From positions 1 to 64,000 of the IMG/VR virus record IMGVR_UViG_3300025086_000013: a DNA stretch of 64,000 nt; one strand, written 5' to 3'. Positions 47,279 to 57,300 of this stretch are shown here, piece after piece. Made by a program: the position numbers and the translations under genes. Source of the DNA: a virus. The notes below the pieces were generated by a model. That model was not told the DNA's origin and did no database searches. It worked only from the letters and a program-made list of their open reading frames with translations. How positions within the stretch are numbered: the first letter of the stretch is position 1; each line of letters begins with the position of its first letter.

Positions 47279-50170
47279 CTAATATGTGTTTCTTTTTACA
47301 AGTTTCCTTTTTGGTCTCTCTAATCCAAATCTAACAATAGGTAAAAAAGGTGTTTCAGAGCCATATGCTTGTGTAGGCAATGTTTGAGTCAATGGTGTAG
47401 TGTTTAAACCACCTGGATACATTGATTCATTTGCAACTATATTTGCATAAGGACTAACTGATTCTGTTTGTGTACCTGTTGTTTGACTTAATATATCTGA
47501 TACAACCTTTTCACTAATACCATCATCCATATAAGGATCAAGTTTTTCTAGAACATCTAATTGATCTTCTAAAAGATCTTTTTGATTTTCTTTATTTGGA
47601 TAGAATGCTTTAGGATCTGTTATATCAATTATACCACCAGTTGATGGGTCAATATCAAACTGAGGATAAGTCATATTTAAATTATGAGTCTTTGCTCTAT
47701 TAGTATAAGCATTTTGTAATTGAGATGTAATCTTCTCATTTGCAGCTCTTAATGCATTATCATAATTTTCTTCAACTAACATTGTCTTATCATATAAGTT
47801 AGATAATTCTTTTTTGTTAGCTTGCTGAGTTCTCATTTTAATTTCTGCATTTTTAGTAGAAACATCATTTGCAATTTTTGCATTTTGATTATCTACATTA
47901 GCCATTGCATCTGCAATTTGATCTGCTGCAACACCTTGAGCTTTAGCTTGTACAGCAGCAGCTCTTTGTGGACCAGCAAAAGCAGATGCTGTACTTGCAG
48001 CAATTGCAGCTTGTTCACCTATCTTAGCAATTTGTCTTGTAGGATCTAAAAATACTGGATCTATTAAATTCTCTTGATAAGTCATTCCAATAGGATATCT
48101 TTTCTTTAAACTAAACTTATTGTCAACAGCATTCATTATTCCTAATTGATCTTGTAACCAAAACTCTGGATCTTTTTCTTCTATTTGTTGAACCTCTTCT
48201 TCTATATCTTCTCCACATACACAACCTGTTCCTTCTTCATTATATGGTATCCAAGCCTTTCCTGCTGCAGCACAATCTGCTGCTTTTTGTGCAGCATCTG
48301 GACACTCATCTGTTTCATGTAAAGTTGATACACTTTGACGGTTATATGTATTACCATAATAACCATCATCAGATGAAATATTTTTATTTTCTCCTAGCTT
48401 TTCATCACCAACACCGGTTGCTGCAAATGTAGTGCCCTCTAACATATCACCATAATTATCATCTCTAGACATTTGATCCATTGTTATATAGAAATTTTGC
48501 ATTTGCTTTATATCATCTTGGCTCATTGGCTCACCTTCATAACCATGATTTTCTTTTAAATCTTTAATTGTATCATTATATTTCCAATTAACTTCTTCAA
48601 CATACTTACCATCATCACCTTTTATTTTTTTACCATCAGCATCTCTTCTATATTTTGTATCCCAGCCTTCATCACTTAAATAATCAGAATCATAATGCTC
48701 GCCTAAAAGATTTTTTTGTTTTGTATCTTCATAAAACAATTGATCTACTTGAGCCATTTGTTCTGTAGTTAATGAATCTACTCCTAATTGAGTTGCATAC
48801 TTTTTATAAAATTCTGTTCTAAAATCTCCCCATTCATCACTTTCCCAATTTTCTGTAAGATCTGTTCTTTGTTTTTTACTACTAACTTCATTTCCATCTT
48901 GATACCTTGGAGTTCCTCCATATATAAATTCTTTTAAAGGATTTTGCTCAAAAGGATTTCCACCATGTTTTACGTAACTATAGTCTTTATTTGGATCAGG
49001 TATTGTTGAATCAGCTAATGCATTTCTTACAGGATTACCAGCAAACATATCTGCAGTAGCTGCCATTCCTACTACATCTCCAGGACCAGGAACTGCAGAA
49101 ACTAAATTAGTTACAGCATCAGTATTATACCTAGCTTTTAAAGTTGGATCATCTGTTGCCCAAGCTCTACCTTTACTCACTCCCGCATTTACTAAATCAG
49201 GAACTGCACCAAGTACAGGAAAATTTCCTGCAACTTGTAAACCTCCTTGCAATGCATCTAGCCAACCTCCCTTTTGTGCCATAGGAATTCCAATAGGTGG
49301 AGGTGCTCCTTCAATACCACCTTCACCTTGAGGATTAGTTGATCCTTGTCTTGTTCCATATGGTGGAATAGGTTGTGGTGGTTTTGGTAACGTAGATTGA
49401 TAAAAATTATTAAATGTTTGTTTTGTTTCTAAATCTGATATAGGTGCTTCTAAACCTTGCTGTGCTTGTTGCAATTGAGCATTTGCTTGATCTATTTTTA
49501 AAGCAAATTCTTCAGGGTTTATTCCTTGCATTTTTAAATAAGGAAATGCTGCTTTTGGAACACCTGAATCAAATCCTTTTTTAGCTTCTTGAACAAAAGC
49601 AAGATGAGATAACTTTTTCTTATTTTTGTCTAACATGTATTCTGCAGTATCTACAGAAATTTTATCTGCATGAGGATCATCTAAAACTCCAATGAATTTA
49701 TTTAAATCATATTTTTTTGAAACTTTTGCAGGAGTTATTTTTTTCTTAGAATCAATTCCTAGTTCTTTTAACTCTCCTTTATTAAGCTTCATTGATCTTG
49801 TATCTGAATAAATAAATGATTGCTCAGGTAGATTTAAAGGGGTTCCTCCACTGTTATGTCGGTTACCAGCTATGTTATATAATTCAAATGATCCGTCATT
49901 ATTTAAATCAGTTAAAGCTGTTTCACCTTTTTCTGCTTCAAGATTTGCTTCATCTCTAGGAACTGGTTTAAGAGTATTATTAATAGTTCCTCCAGATGGA
50001 AAAAATGGAATATCACCATTAGAACCTGATGGAGTATATTGAGGAAATGTATTTAAACTATAATTACGTTGCACACCAGTTTTAAATCCACCGTGTTGCA
50101 TAGATTTAACAATTTTACCATTTGAAACTGAATACCCTGAAGGTAATTTATTTATTTTAACTCTTGCCAT
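47279..50170 (-). CDS. Modular putative virion cargo protein (963 aa) with QxGG-delimited segments
   Basis: 'ANLEAEKGET...GNRHNSGGTPLNLP..SFIYSD' domain; MQHGG, AQKGG, VKHGG, YQDGNE motifs; Ala/Gln-rich helical C-terminal part. Confidence 0.7.
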   Translation of the reverse strand: MARVKINKLPSGYSVSNGKIVKSMQHGGFKTGVQRNYSLNTFPQYTPSGSNGDIPFFPSGGTINNTLKPVPRDEANLEAEKGETALTDLNNDGSFELYNIAGNRHNSGGTPLNLPEQSFIYSDTRSMKLNKGELKELGIDSKKKITPAKVSKKYDLNKFIGVLDDPHADKISVDTAEYMLDKNKKKLSHLAFVQEAKKGFDSGVPKAAFPYLKMQGINPEEFALKIDQANAQLQQAQQGLEAPISDLETKQTFNNFYQSTLPKPPQPIPPYGTRQGSTNPQGEGGIEGAPPPIGIPMAQKGGWLDALQGGLQVAGNFPVLGAVPDLVNAGVSKGRAWATDDPTLKARYNTDAVTNLVSAVPGPGDVVGMAATADMFAGNPVRNALADSTIPDPNKDYSYVKHGGNPFEQNPLKEFIYGGTPRYQDGNEVSSKKQRTDLTENWESDEWGDFRTEFYKKYATQLGVDSLTTEQMAQVDQLFYEDTKQKNLLGEHYDSDYLSDEGWDTKYRRDADGKKIKGDDGKYVEEVNWKYNDTIKDLKENHGYEGEPMSQDDIKQMQNFYITMDQMSRDDNYGDMLEGTTFAATGVGDEKLGENKNISSDDGYYGNTYNRQSVSTLHETDECPDAAQKAADCAAAGKAWIPYNEEGTGCVCGEDIEEEVQQIEEKDPEFWLQDQLGIMNAVDNKFSLKKRYPIGMTYQENLIDPVFLDPTRQIAKIGEQAAIAASTASAFAGPQRAAAVQAKAQGVAADQIADAMANVDNQNAKIANDVSTKNAEIKMRTQQANKKELSNLYDKTMLVEENYDNALRAANEKITSQLQNAYTNRAKTHNLNMTYPQFDIDPSTGGIIDITDPKAFYPNKENQKDLLEDQLDVLEKLDPYMDDGISEKVVSDILSQTTGTQTESVSPYANIVANESMYPGGLNTTPLTQTLPTQAYGSETPFLPIVRFGLERPKRKLVKRNTY

Positions 50171-50171
50171 A

Positions 50172-53100
50172 TTATATAAATTCTATTTCTGCACCTGCAG
50201 CCATTAATTCTTGTATTGTACTCTCATCTAACTCTATTGTTGTATCAATATCATCATATTGTCTATTTCTTAATTGTTCTGTTCTTCCCCCATCTTGAAA
50301 TTTTAAATTTAAACCTGCTCCAATAAATGGTGATCCTGTATCAACATTGTATCCACCTTTTATACTAACAGGTCCATAACCTGCTTCTAATCCAAGATTA
50401 ATTCCTGAATTGCTATCATATTCTCCATAACCACCAATGTTAGCTCCTGTATATTGTGCATCATTTATCATAATAGGAGAACCAGTATATCCAGCAGATA
50501 ACTTCCCTTTATAGAAAGCTTCTGGACTTATGTTACCTTCTGTAGCATTCATTAAGTTTGTCTGTGCTCCAGCTTCTCCACTTAAGTTTAAACCTAAACC
50601 ACTTCTTCCTGTATAGCCAACATGACTTTTAAGACCACCTTGTAATAAAGCATTATCTAAATCATTTCCTTCAACTCCAACAAAAGCTGAAGCTCCTGAA
50701 TCCACATAAGGATTACCAGCACAACCACCACCCTTACAGCCACCGGCATTTATAAAATTATAATCAGCTTCAAGTCCTCCACCTTGTTGAAATCCTCTAA
50801 ATCCAAAACCTTGAAATAATTGATTATATCCTTGCTTTTGTCTATCTGGATCACTAGATTGAAGGTTATCATCCATTTCTCTAAACTTGTCATCTTTTCT
50901 TAATGTTTCATAGCCTTTATCTATACCCCATTGTACTCCTGGTTCAATAACACCATAATATCCAGCTAACATAGGTAATACTCTACTTCCTACACCACCA
51001 CTAAAACCTTGTAAATTACGTGGATTTCTTAAATATGCTTTTGCCGCATCTTTAGTCCAACCTAATCCTTTAGTAAGATATTGAAAACCTTTATACCAAG
51101 CAGCTCCTTCAACTCCAGCGTTTATAATTGGAATTGGACTTCCACTATCTATTGCATCTGCAATTGCCATACCTGCTTCTTCAACTGCATATGCTGGAAA
51201 TTTAGCAGGGTTGTAACCCCATTCAGCAAAATCTACAATCTCATTAAGAATACCATCCCCAAGTATATTCTCAGTTCCAAATCCAAGTATATTATCTTTA
51301 CTGCTTACACTTACTAAATCTAATAAACCAAAACTTCTATCTCTTAACGCATCTGTGCTTAAAGGAGGTCTAGGATTTAATTTGTTTATAAGACTTCTTC
51401 TTTCATCATCTATATCATCTTGAACATGTGAATAATTCCATTCACCATCTTCACCTTCTCTCCATTTACCTATTTGTTGACAACTGCCATCAGGTAATCT
51501 TATATAACCATTAGGACATAATCCTTGATCTTGTTCTGAATATTCAGGATCTGTAAACATACTAATTACAGGAAGTTGATCCCAATTTCCTATAGGGTCT
51601 GTCATCCAGTCATTTAATTGTGGACTTATATCATAATGACCTTTAACTTTTGTTTCTTCATCTAATAAGTCATAATAATTTTGGCTAAGAGCATAATCTC
51701 CTTCTCCAAGCATCTCTTCTTTGTTAGGTAGAATATTGGTAATTAAATTATTAGATACAACACGTGTGTTGTCCATTTGATTACTATTATCATTATATAT
51801 AGTACCATCTTCTCCTATATTGTATCCAACAATTTTAGACTTAAGTTTTTCATTTTCATATTTTTGTATAACTGCTTTATCTTCTGAAGTATGCTGGTTT
51901 CTTGGATCAAGTGTAGGTAATAATTTAATTCTTTCTTCCATTTCATTTTGTTCCTCTTCTGACATATCCCACCAACCTTCTGGGTATTGTTCTAAATACC
52001 ATTTACTTGCTTCTCCCATTGGATTTTGTTCATATACATATCCAGGAAAATCTGGATTAATTACCAAACCTTCAGTTAATGTATCTCCTGGTAAAGCATT
52101 TAAGTCTGGATAAGCTATATTTAAAGAATCTAAATCTTCTTGACTATGATATTCATAAGGAAAATCTTTCCAATAAACTTCATTTCCATCTTGTATCTCA
52201 TTAGATCCTCCGCCTTGATATATAAATCTATTTAATTCAGTACCAAACTTACCTTGTCTTGATCTAACACGTTTATTTTGAAATCTTCCCCCTGTATTAA
52301 TATCTGTATCTCCTCTATTATCTTCATCACTAGCAGCTACAAATTGATTGTCTGCTAGATTCCATCTTTTCATTCCTTTAAGTCTATCTCTTTCTTTTTT
52401 CTGCTCTAACATTCTATTAAGAGGTTTAGCAATATTAACTATACCTGTAGAAATTTTATCAAATGTTTGTACACCTTTGCTATCCATAAACCTTCTGCCT
52501 TTATTATAAGCATCAGTTGCCCATTGTTCTGTTGTTCTTTTTCCTCCGGGTGTATTATTTACATCTCCATCATTATCAATTGTGTCATCTTCAATATTAT
52601 TATTATTGTTATTGTTGTTGTTATTATTGTTGTTATTATTTCCTGGTCCAGGTTGTATTTGAGGTTCATAATCAAGAGAATGATCAGGATCTCCATAACC
52701 CCAGCCTCCCCAAGCTCCTTGTGTATAATCTCTTTCTTGTAATAAATAAGGTTCTTGTTGATCTGGTGCATTTTGTGTTTGGCTTGTATATAAATTACCT
52801 CCACCTGTTTGATAGTGACTTATAGGTTGTTGAACATCCATTTGACCTCTTGGATTTCTTCTTTTATATTCATAATTTTTAACTCCATACTCATTAAGAT
52901 TTTCAGACCCTATTTGAGCTTTAGGAATAAATCTTCTCAATACATTTTCAGCAGCACCACCTTGTCTTTGTTCTGGAAGATTATAATTACCTTGTTGATC
53001 ATATTCTGAATATGGAACATTATCTGTACCAGTAAACATAGGATTATCTAACTCATCTAAACCTTCATATCTTGCACCACTATATCTAGTACCAAAAACA

Positions 53101-54266
53101 TCAATAAGACCATCTTCATCTTTTACCATTTTGTCTTCTAACCAATAAGGATCATCTTTAAACTCTTGACTACTTGGGTCAATGTCTTTTACTCTAAATC
53201 CCATATAATCTGCATCAGGATTTAAAGCTTCTATTAAATCACCTTTTCCTTGTGTTCCTTCGTCAATATCCCACTCCCCTGTTTCTTCATTATAACTTCT
53301 TTTACCAAATAATGATGGAGCATTCTCATGTCTTTGATCTAATATTTGACCAGTATAGTATTGAGTTTTTTCATCTTCAGTCATTAGATTTCCTGTCTCA
53401 GGATTAACATACATATCTTCATCTGTAGTATTTGTCCATGACTTTCTTTCATAACTTGCTGGATCAGTATCAATATAATTTTCTTTTTTAAAACTATCTA
53501 CTGTACCAGCTACTGCAGCAAATAAATCAAGAAACCCTGTATCACCTACACCAGCAAATCTTGATGTATAAGGCTCTGCACGGGGAACTCCTTTTTTTCT
53601 TTGAGGTCCCTGATACTGTTCATTAGATACATTTTTTGCACTACCAAGACCAGGGTATTTTTGATAAAAATCTTCAGTACCCCATACTTCAGATTGATTT
53701 TGTTCAGAACCATCTTGATATTCAGGTATAAAATCAGTTAAACCTCCATATTGGTATACAGGAGGCATTCCTTCCATCCCTTGAGGAGGAGCAGGTGGCA
53801 TCATTTGTTGAGGTGGTTGTTGCATAGGTTGGGGTATATTTCTTGCTCCTTCTGGAGATTGTGGCTCAACACCAGGTATTGGTGCTTCAATTGCATTAGC
53901 AGTAGCAACGGGCTCTTCTGTTAAAGCTTCTTCAATATATTTTGCTTGTATTGCATAAGAGGCACTATCATCTTCTATGGGACCGCCTTCTTCTACACTA
54001 TCACAAGTCATTCCCGCTTTACATTTAAAATAATTTTTCCAGCAATATCCTACACCTGGTTCTTTGTCATTACAGTTTTGCATTCTTTTAGATACATCAA
54101 AAAGAGCACAACTTTGACAACCACCACCACCATCAGATTCTCTATAATTATTATTTTCTACAGCTGCATTTTCATTAGCTGCTTGTAAATTAGGTATTTC
54201 ACAAGCAGAAGGACAAGCTTTAGCAGCTCCTCCTTTTTGATAACTATATGTTGCTTTATTAGCCAT
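50172..54266 (-). CDS. Modular protein (1364 aa) with about 10 QxGG/QxGxE junction motifs
   Basis: Cys-rich N-module, Pro/Gln-rich linker, poly-Asn, C-terminal Gly-rich beta-strand module, terminal 'IQELMAAGAEIEFI'. Confidence 0.75.
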   Translation of the reverse strand: MANKATYSYQKGGAAKACPSACEIPNLQAANENAAVENNNYRESDGGGGCQSCALFDVSKRMQNCNDKEPGVGYCWKNYFKCKAGMTCDSVEEGGPIEDDSASYAIQAKYIEEALTEEPVATANAIEAPIPGVEPQSPEGARNIPQPMQQPPQQMMPPAPPQGMEGMPPVYQYGGLTDFIPEYQDGSEQNQSEVWGTEDFYQKYPGLGSAKNVSNEQYQGPQRKKGVPRAEPYTSRFAGVGDTGFLDLFAAVAGTVDSFKKENYIDTDPASYERKSWTNTTDEDMYVNPETGNLMTEDEKTQYYTGQILDQRHENAPSLFGKRSYNEETGEWDIDEGTQGKGDLIEALNPDADYMGFRVKDIDPSSQEFKDDPYWLEDKMVKDEDGLIDVFGTRYSGARYEGLDELDNPMFTGTDNVPYSEYDQQGNYNLPEQRQGGAAENVLRRFIPKAQIGSENLNEYGVKNYEYKRRNPRGQMDVQQPISHYQTGGGNLYTSQTQNAPDQQEPYLLQERDYTQGAWGGWGYGDPDHSLDYEPQIQPGPGNNNNNNNNNNNNNNNIEDDTIDNDGDVNNTPGGKRTTEQWATDAYNKGRRFMDSKGVQTFDKISTGIVNIAKPLNRMLEQKKERDRLKGMKRWNLADNQFVAASDEDNRGDTDINTGGRFQNKRVRSRQGKFGTELNRFIYQGGGSNEIQDGNEVYWKDFPYEYHSQEDLDSLNIAYPDLNALPGDTLTEGLVINPDFPGYVYEQNPMGEASKWYLEQYPEGWWDMSEEEQNEMEERIKLLPTLDPRNQHTSEDKAVIQKYENEKLKSKIVGYNIGEDGTIYNDNSNQMDNTRVVSNNLITNILPNKEEMLGEGDYALSQNYYDLLDEETKVKGHYDISPQLNDWMTDPIGNWDQLPVISMFTDPEYSEQDQGLCPNGYIRLPDGSCQQIGKWREGEDGEWNYSHVQDDIDDERRSLINKLNPRPPLSTDALRDRSFGLLDLVSVSSKDNILGFGTENILGDGILNEIVDFAEWGYNPAKFPAYAVEEAGMAIADAIDSGSPIPIINAGVEGAAWYKGFQYLTKGLGWTKDAAKAYLRNPRNLQGFSGGVGSRVLPMLAGYYGVIEPGVQWGIDKGYETLRKDDKFREMDDNLQSSDPDRQKQGYNQLFQGFGFRGFQQGGGLEADYNFINAGGCKGGGCAGNPYVDSGASAFVGVEGNDLDNALLQGGLKSHVGYTGRSGLGLNLSGEAGAQTNLMNATEGNISPEAFYKGKLSAGYTGSPIMINDAQYTGANIGGYGEYDSNSGINLGLEAGYGPVSIKGGYNVDTGSPFIGAGLNLKFQDGGRTEQLRNRQYDDIDTTIELDESTIQELMAAGAEIEFI
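52596..52640 (-). repeat. Mixed AAT/AAC trinucleotide repeat encoding 15 Asn
   Basis: Direct reading of the sequence. Confidence 0.9.
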
Positions 54267-54287
54267 TTAAAAAAATCTATTATATAT

Positions 54288-54301
54288 TATAATATACTAA
54301 A
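54288..54301 (-). promoter_or_regulatory. Candidate phage-specific promoter TTTAGTATATTATA
   Basis: Recurrent motif, about 22 nt upstream of the 54266 start (same spacing as at 13560). Confidence 0.6.
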
Positions 54302-54323
54302 TAATAAGGACATAATCTAATGA

Positions 54324-57300
54324 TTATAACTTTCTGATATGATCATAAATATGTCTTCCTTTCTTTTTAGCATCTGTATAATATAATCTATTTATTTTAT
54401 CAATATATTTCTTAACTCCTTTTTCATCAGATGTACCATCAAATTTTCCATCTATGTATTCATTGTATATTCTAATTTGTGTATTTAAATCAAAAGCTCC
54501 TCCTGGAATATTTTGTTTTATTGCTCCACCTTTTTTTATTTTTGGAGTTCCAATTCCATATATATTATCTGATCCTATTTTATTTTGTGTTTGATGAACT
54601 TCTGGAGGTTTATTATTATTTCCTGCTCCAGGTTGTAATATATAATTACCAACATCTTTCCAAAATCCTGATGATTCATATTCACCTAGAACATCTACTT
54701 TCCCTGGTTGATTTACATCTGCTATATCTAAACTATAAACATCAATAAGTGGATAATAATTTGAAACTCTTTTTGAATAATTTTCTCTTTCTGGATTCCA
54801 TGTTTGAGCTAAATAGTCTCGTACATAATTTTGATCAGATTTCTGTTCTGCTGTAAAATTATCTGTTCTGCTATTGTATCTATGTGCAATTATTGCTTGA
54901 GTTGCTATTGCGGATTTTTGAGGATCCATAAGATCATGCTGACTTGTTATACCTAACTCATTAAGTAATTCTTTTTCTGTATCATCTAAAGCTACATCCC
55001 ATTTTATTTGTGTCCAACCAACACTATCTCTTGAACTTTTTGCACTCAGTTTTTTCTTATTTCCTTTATAATCTATTTCTATATCACCAATCTGACCCCA
55101 ACTATGATATTTTCTATTAACATCAGGATTTGTATTACCAATACCAGATGCTTTAGATATACCAAGACCCATATTAAGAATCTCAGGATTTATATTACCC
55201 ATACCACTTTCTACACCATATATACCAAAACTAGTTGGTATAAGCATGTCATATATATCACTAGGAATTCCTGAATTTACTTTTACAAGTGCATCTAAAA
55301 TTTGTTTTTTATTATTAACTATTGCATTTAAATAAGGTTCTGTATGTTTTTGAAATTCCATATCTTCATGAGCAGCATAAGAATTATAATCTAAATTGCT
55401 TTCTTGAATTTTATTTTTATCTATAGAAATACTTACAGGATGATACTTTATACTTTCAGCACTTCTCATAATACCCTGACCTTCTCTCCATACTTGATCT
55501 TCTGAATCAAAATACCAACCACCTTGGTTTCTTCCTATTTCTCCAGTTTCTGGATGTTCTGGATTTTCTACTTCTCCTTTAAATGAAAGTTTTCCATCTT
55601 GATAAATAAACGTATTTTGATCTTTAAATTCAGGAAGGACATATACATTAGTTCCTTTTTTTATTGTGCCAAGTAACTCATTTAAATCACCACACTTCAT
55701 ATTAATGCATCCATATGATTGTCTATTATCATCTGTAGCATGAGAATATAATCCTTTTTTTCTTTGTTGTTTTTCTTCCCAATTAACAGTATTAGGTATA
55801 CCATGTAAACTCATTGATATATTTTCACCTTCTCCCATTCTATCATGTGTAAGATTAAAAGATGGAACATCTCTTCTTTGACCTGTTTCGTCCCAATAAC
55901 CTGAATCTGGATCTACATTAGAGATAGTAAATATTCCAGCTCCTGTTTGCATATTACCTGCACTCCAATCATATGTCCATAACTTCTTACCATTTTTCCA
56001 TACTTTATCATCGTCATTTATTATACCATCTTTATTTATATCTAAAGGTTTTGTAACTGTTTGTTGATCACCAGGATTTTCTCCAATTAATATATTATAA
56101 CTTCTTGTTGGATCTTTTTGTCCTGGATAATATAAATGTGTTTTACCAGCTATTTTATCTACAACTAAAAAAGGATCACCAGCAGGCTTCTTAACAATTA
56201 AATTTTGACCTGGATAAAGAGTACTGTCTTCACTTAATCCGTTATCAACTAATAATTGTTTTATGCTTGTTTGATTTTCATTTGCTATTTTTCCTAAGTA
56301 GTCTCCGTCTTGTATTGTATATGATAATTCTTCTACAGTTTCATCTGGTTTATTTTCTCCTTCATAGAATAAAATCTTTTCTACATTTTGTAATTTATTT
56401 ATATCTCTATTATTATTTATTTTTCTATCTATATTTCTCCATGGCCCTACTGCATCTTCATAGTCAGGAGTATTCTTATCACTATATATTGAATCAACTA
56501 ATGTATTTTCTATTTCTATTCTATCATTAGTACTACCATTATTTAAACCATTATTTTCTAAATCTGCTTCTGTAGGTGTCCATGCTTCTCCTTTAAGATT
56601 AGTTCTAAATTTATTTCCTCTATAATCAAATATTTTATTTGGTCCTAAATTTTCTCTAGCTTTTTCAAATGCTTCACTAAATGTTTTAAAATCATCATAA
56701 AGTAATTTTGGTGTTTTTTTATTATTAGATGGTGATTCGTTTTTAAGTTTTACAGAATCATCAATTCTAATATGACTTGGATTAGATTTATATTGTGGAT
56801 TTAATTCAAGAACTTCTTCTAAGGTCATATCATTTGATCTAGCAATTCTTGTTAAATTATCTCCCTTTTTAACTTTATAAACACTTCCTCCATCTTGAAG
56901 TTTTGGTATATCATTATCAATTAGTCCATACTCAAACAATTCATCTTTTACAATTCCTGATACTTTACCTCCTTCTTTATATTTTTTTAATTGTTGTTGA
57001 AGTGTTTTAATTTTTTTATCATTTTTTTCATACTCTCCTCCTGCTTCAAATTGTTTTTCTTTTACATCTTCTTCTGTATAATCTCCTAATAACTTTTCAA
57101 CAATTTCTGGAGGTAAATTATTTAAAATATAATCTTCATAAGAACTTGATTTATCATATTCCTCTATAGATTTTCTAAAATGATTTATATATTGTTCTGG
57201 TGTTTTATTTTGTTGATCAGCATTTTCACCATATAAACTTGGAAATACTTCTGATAAAGACTTTCCATCTCTAACAACATATCCAAGATATTCTCTTGTG

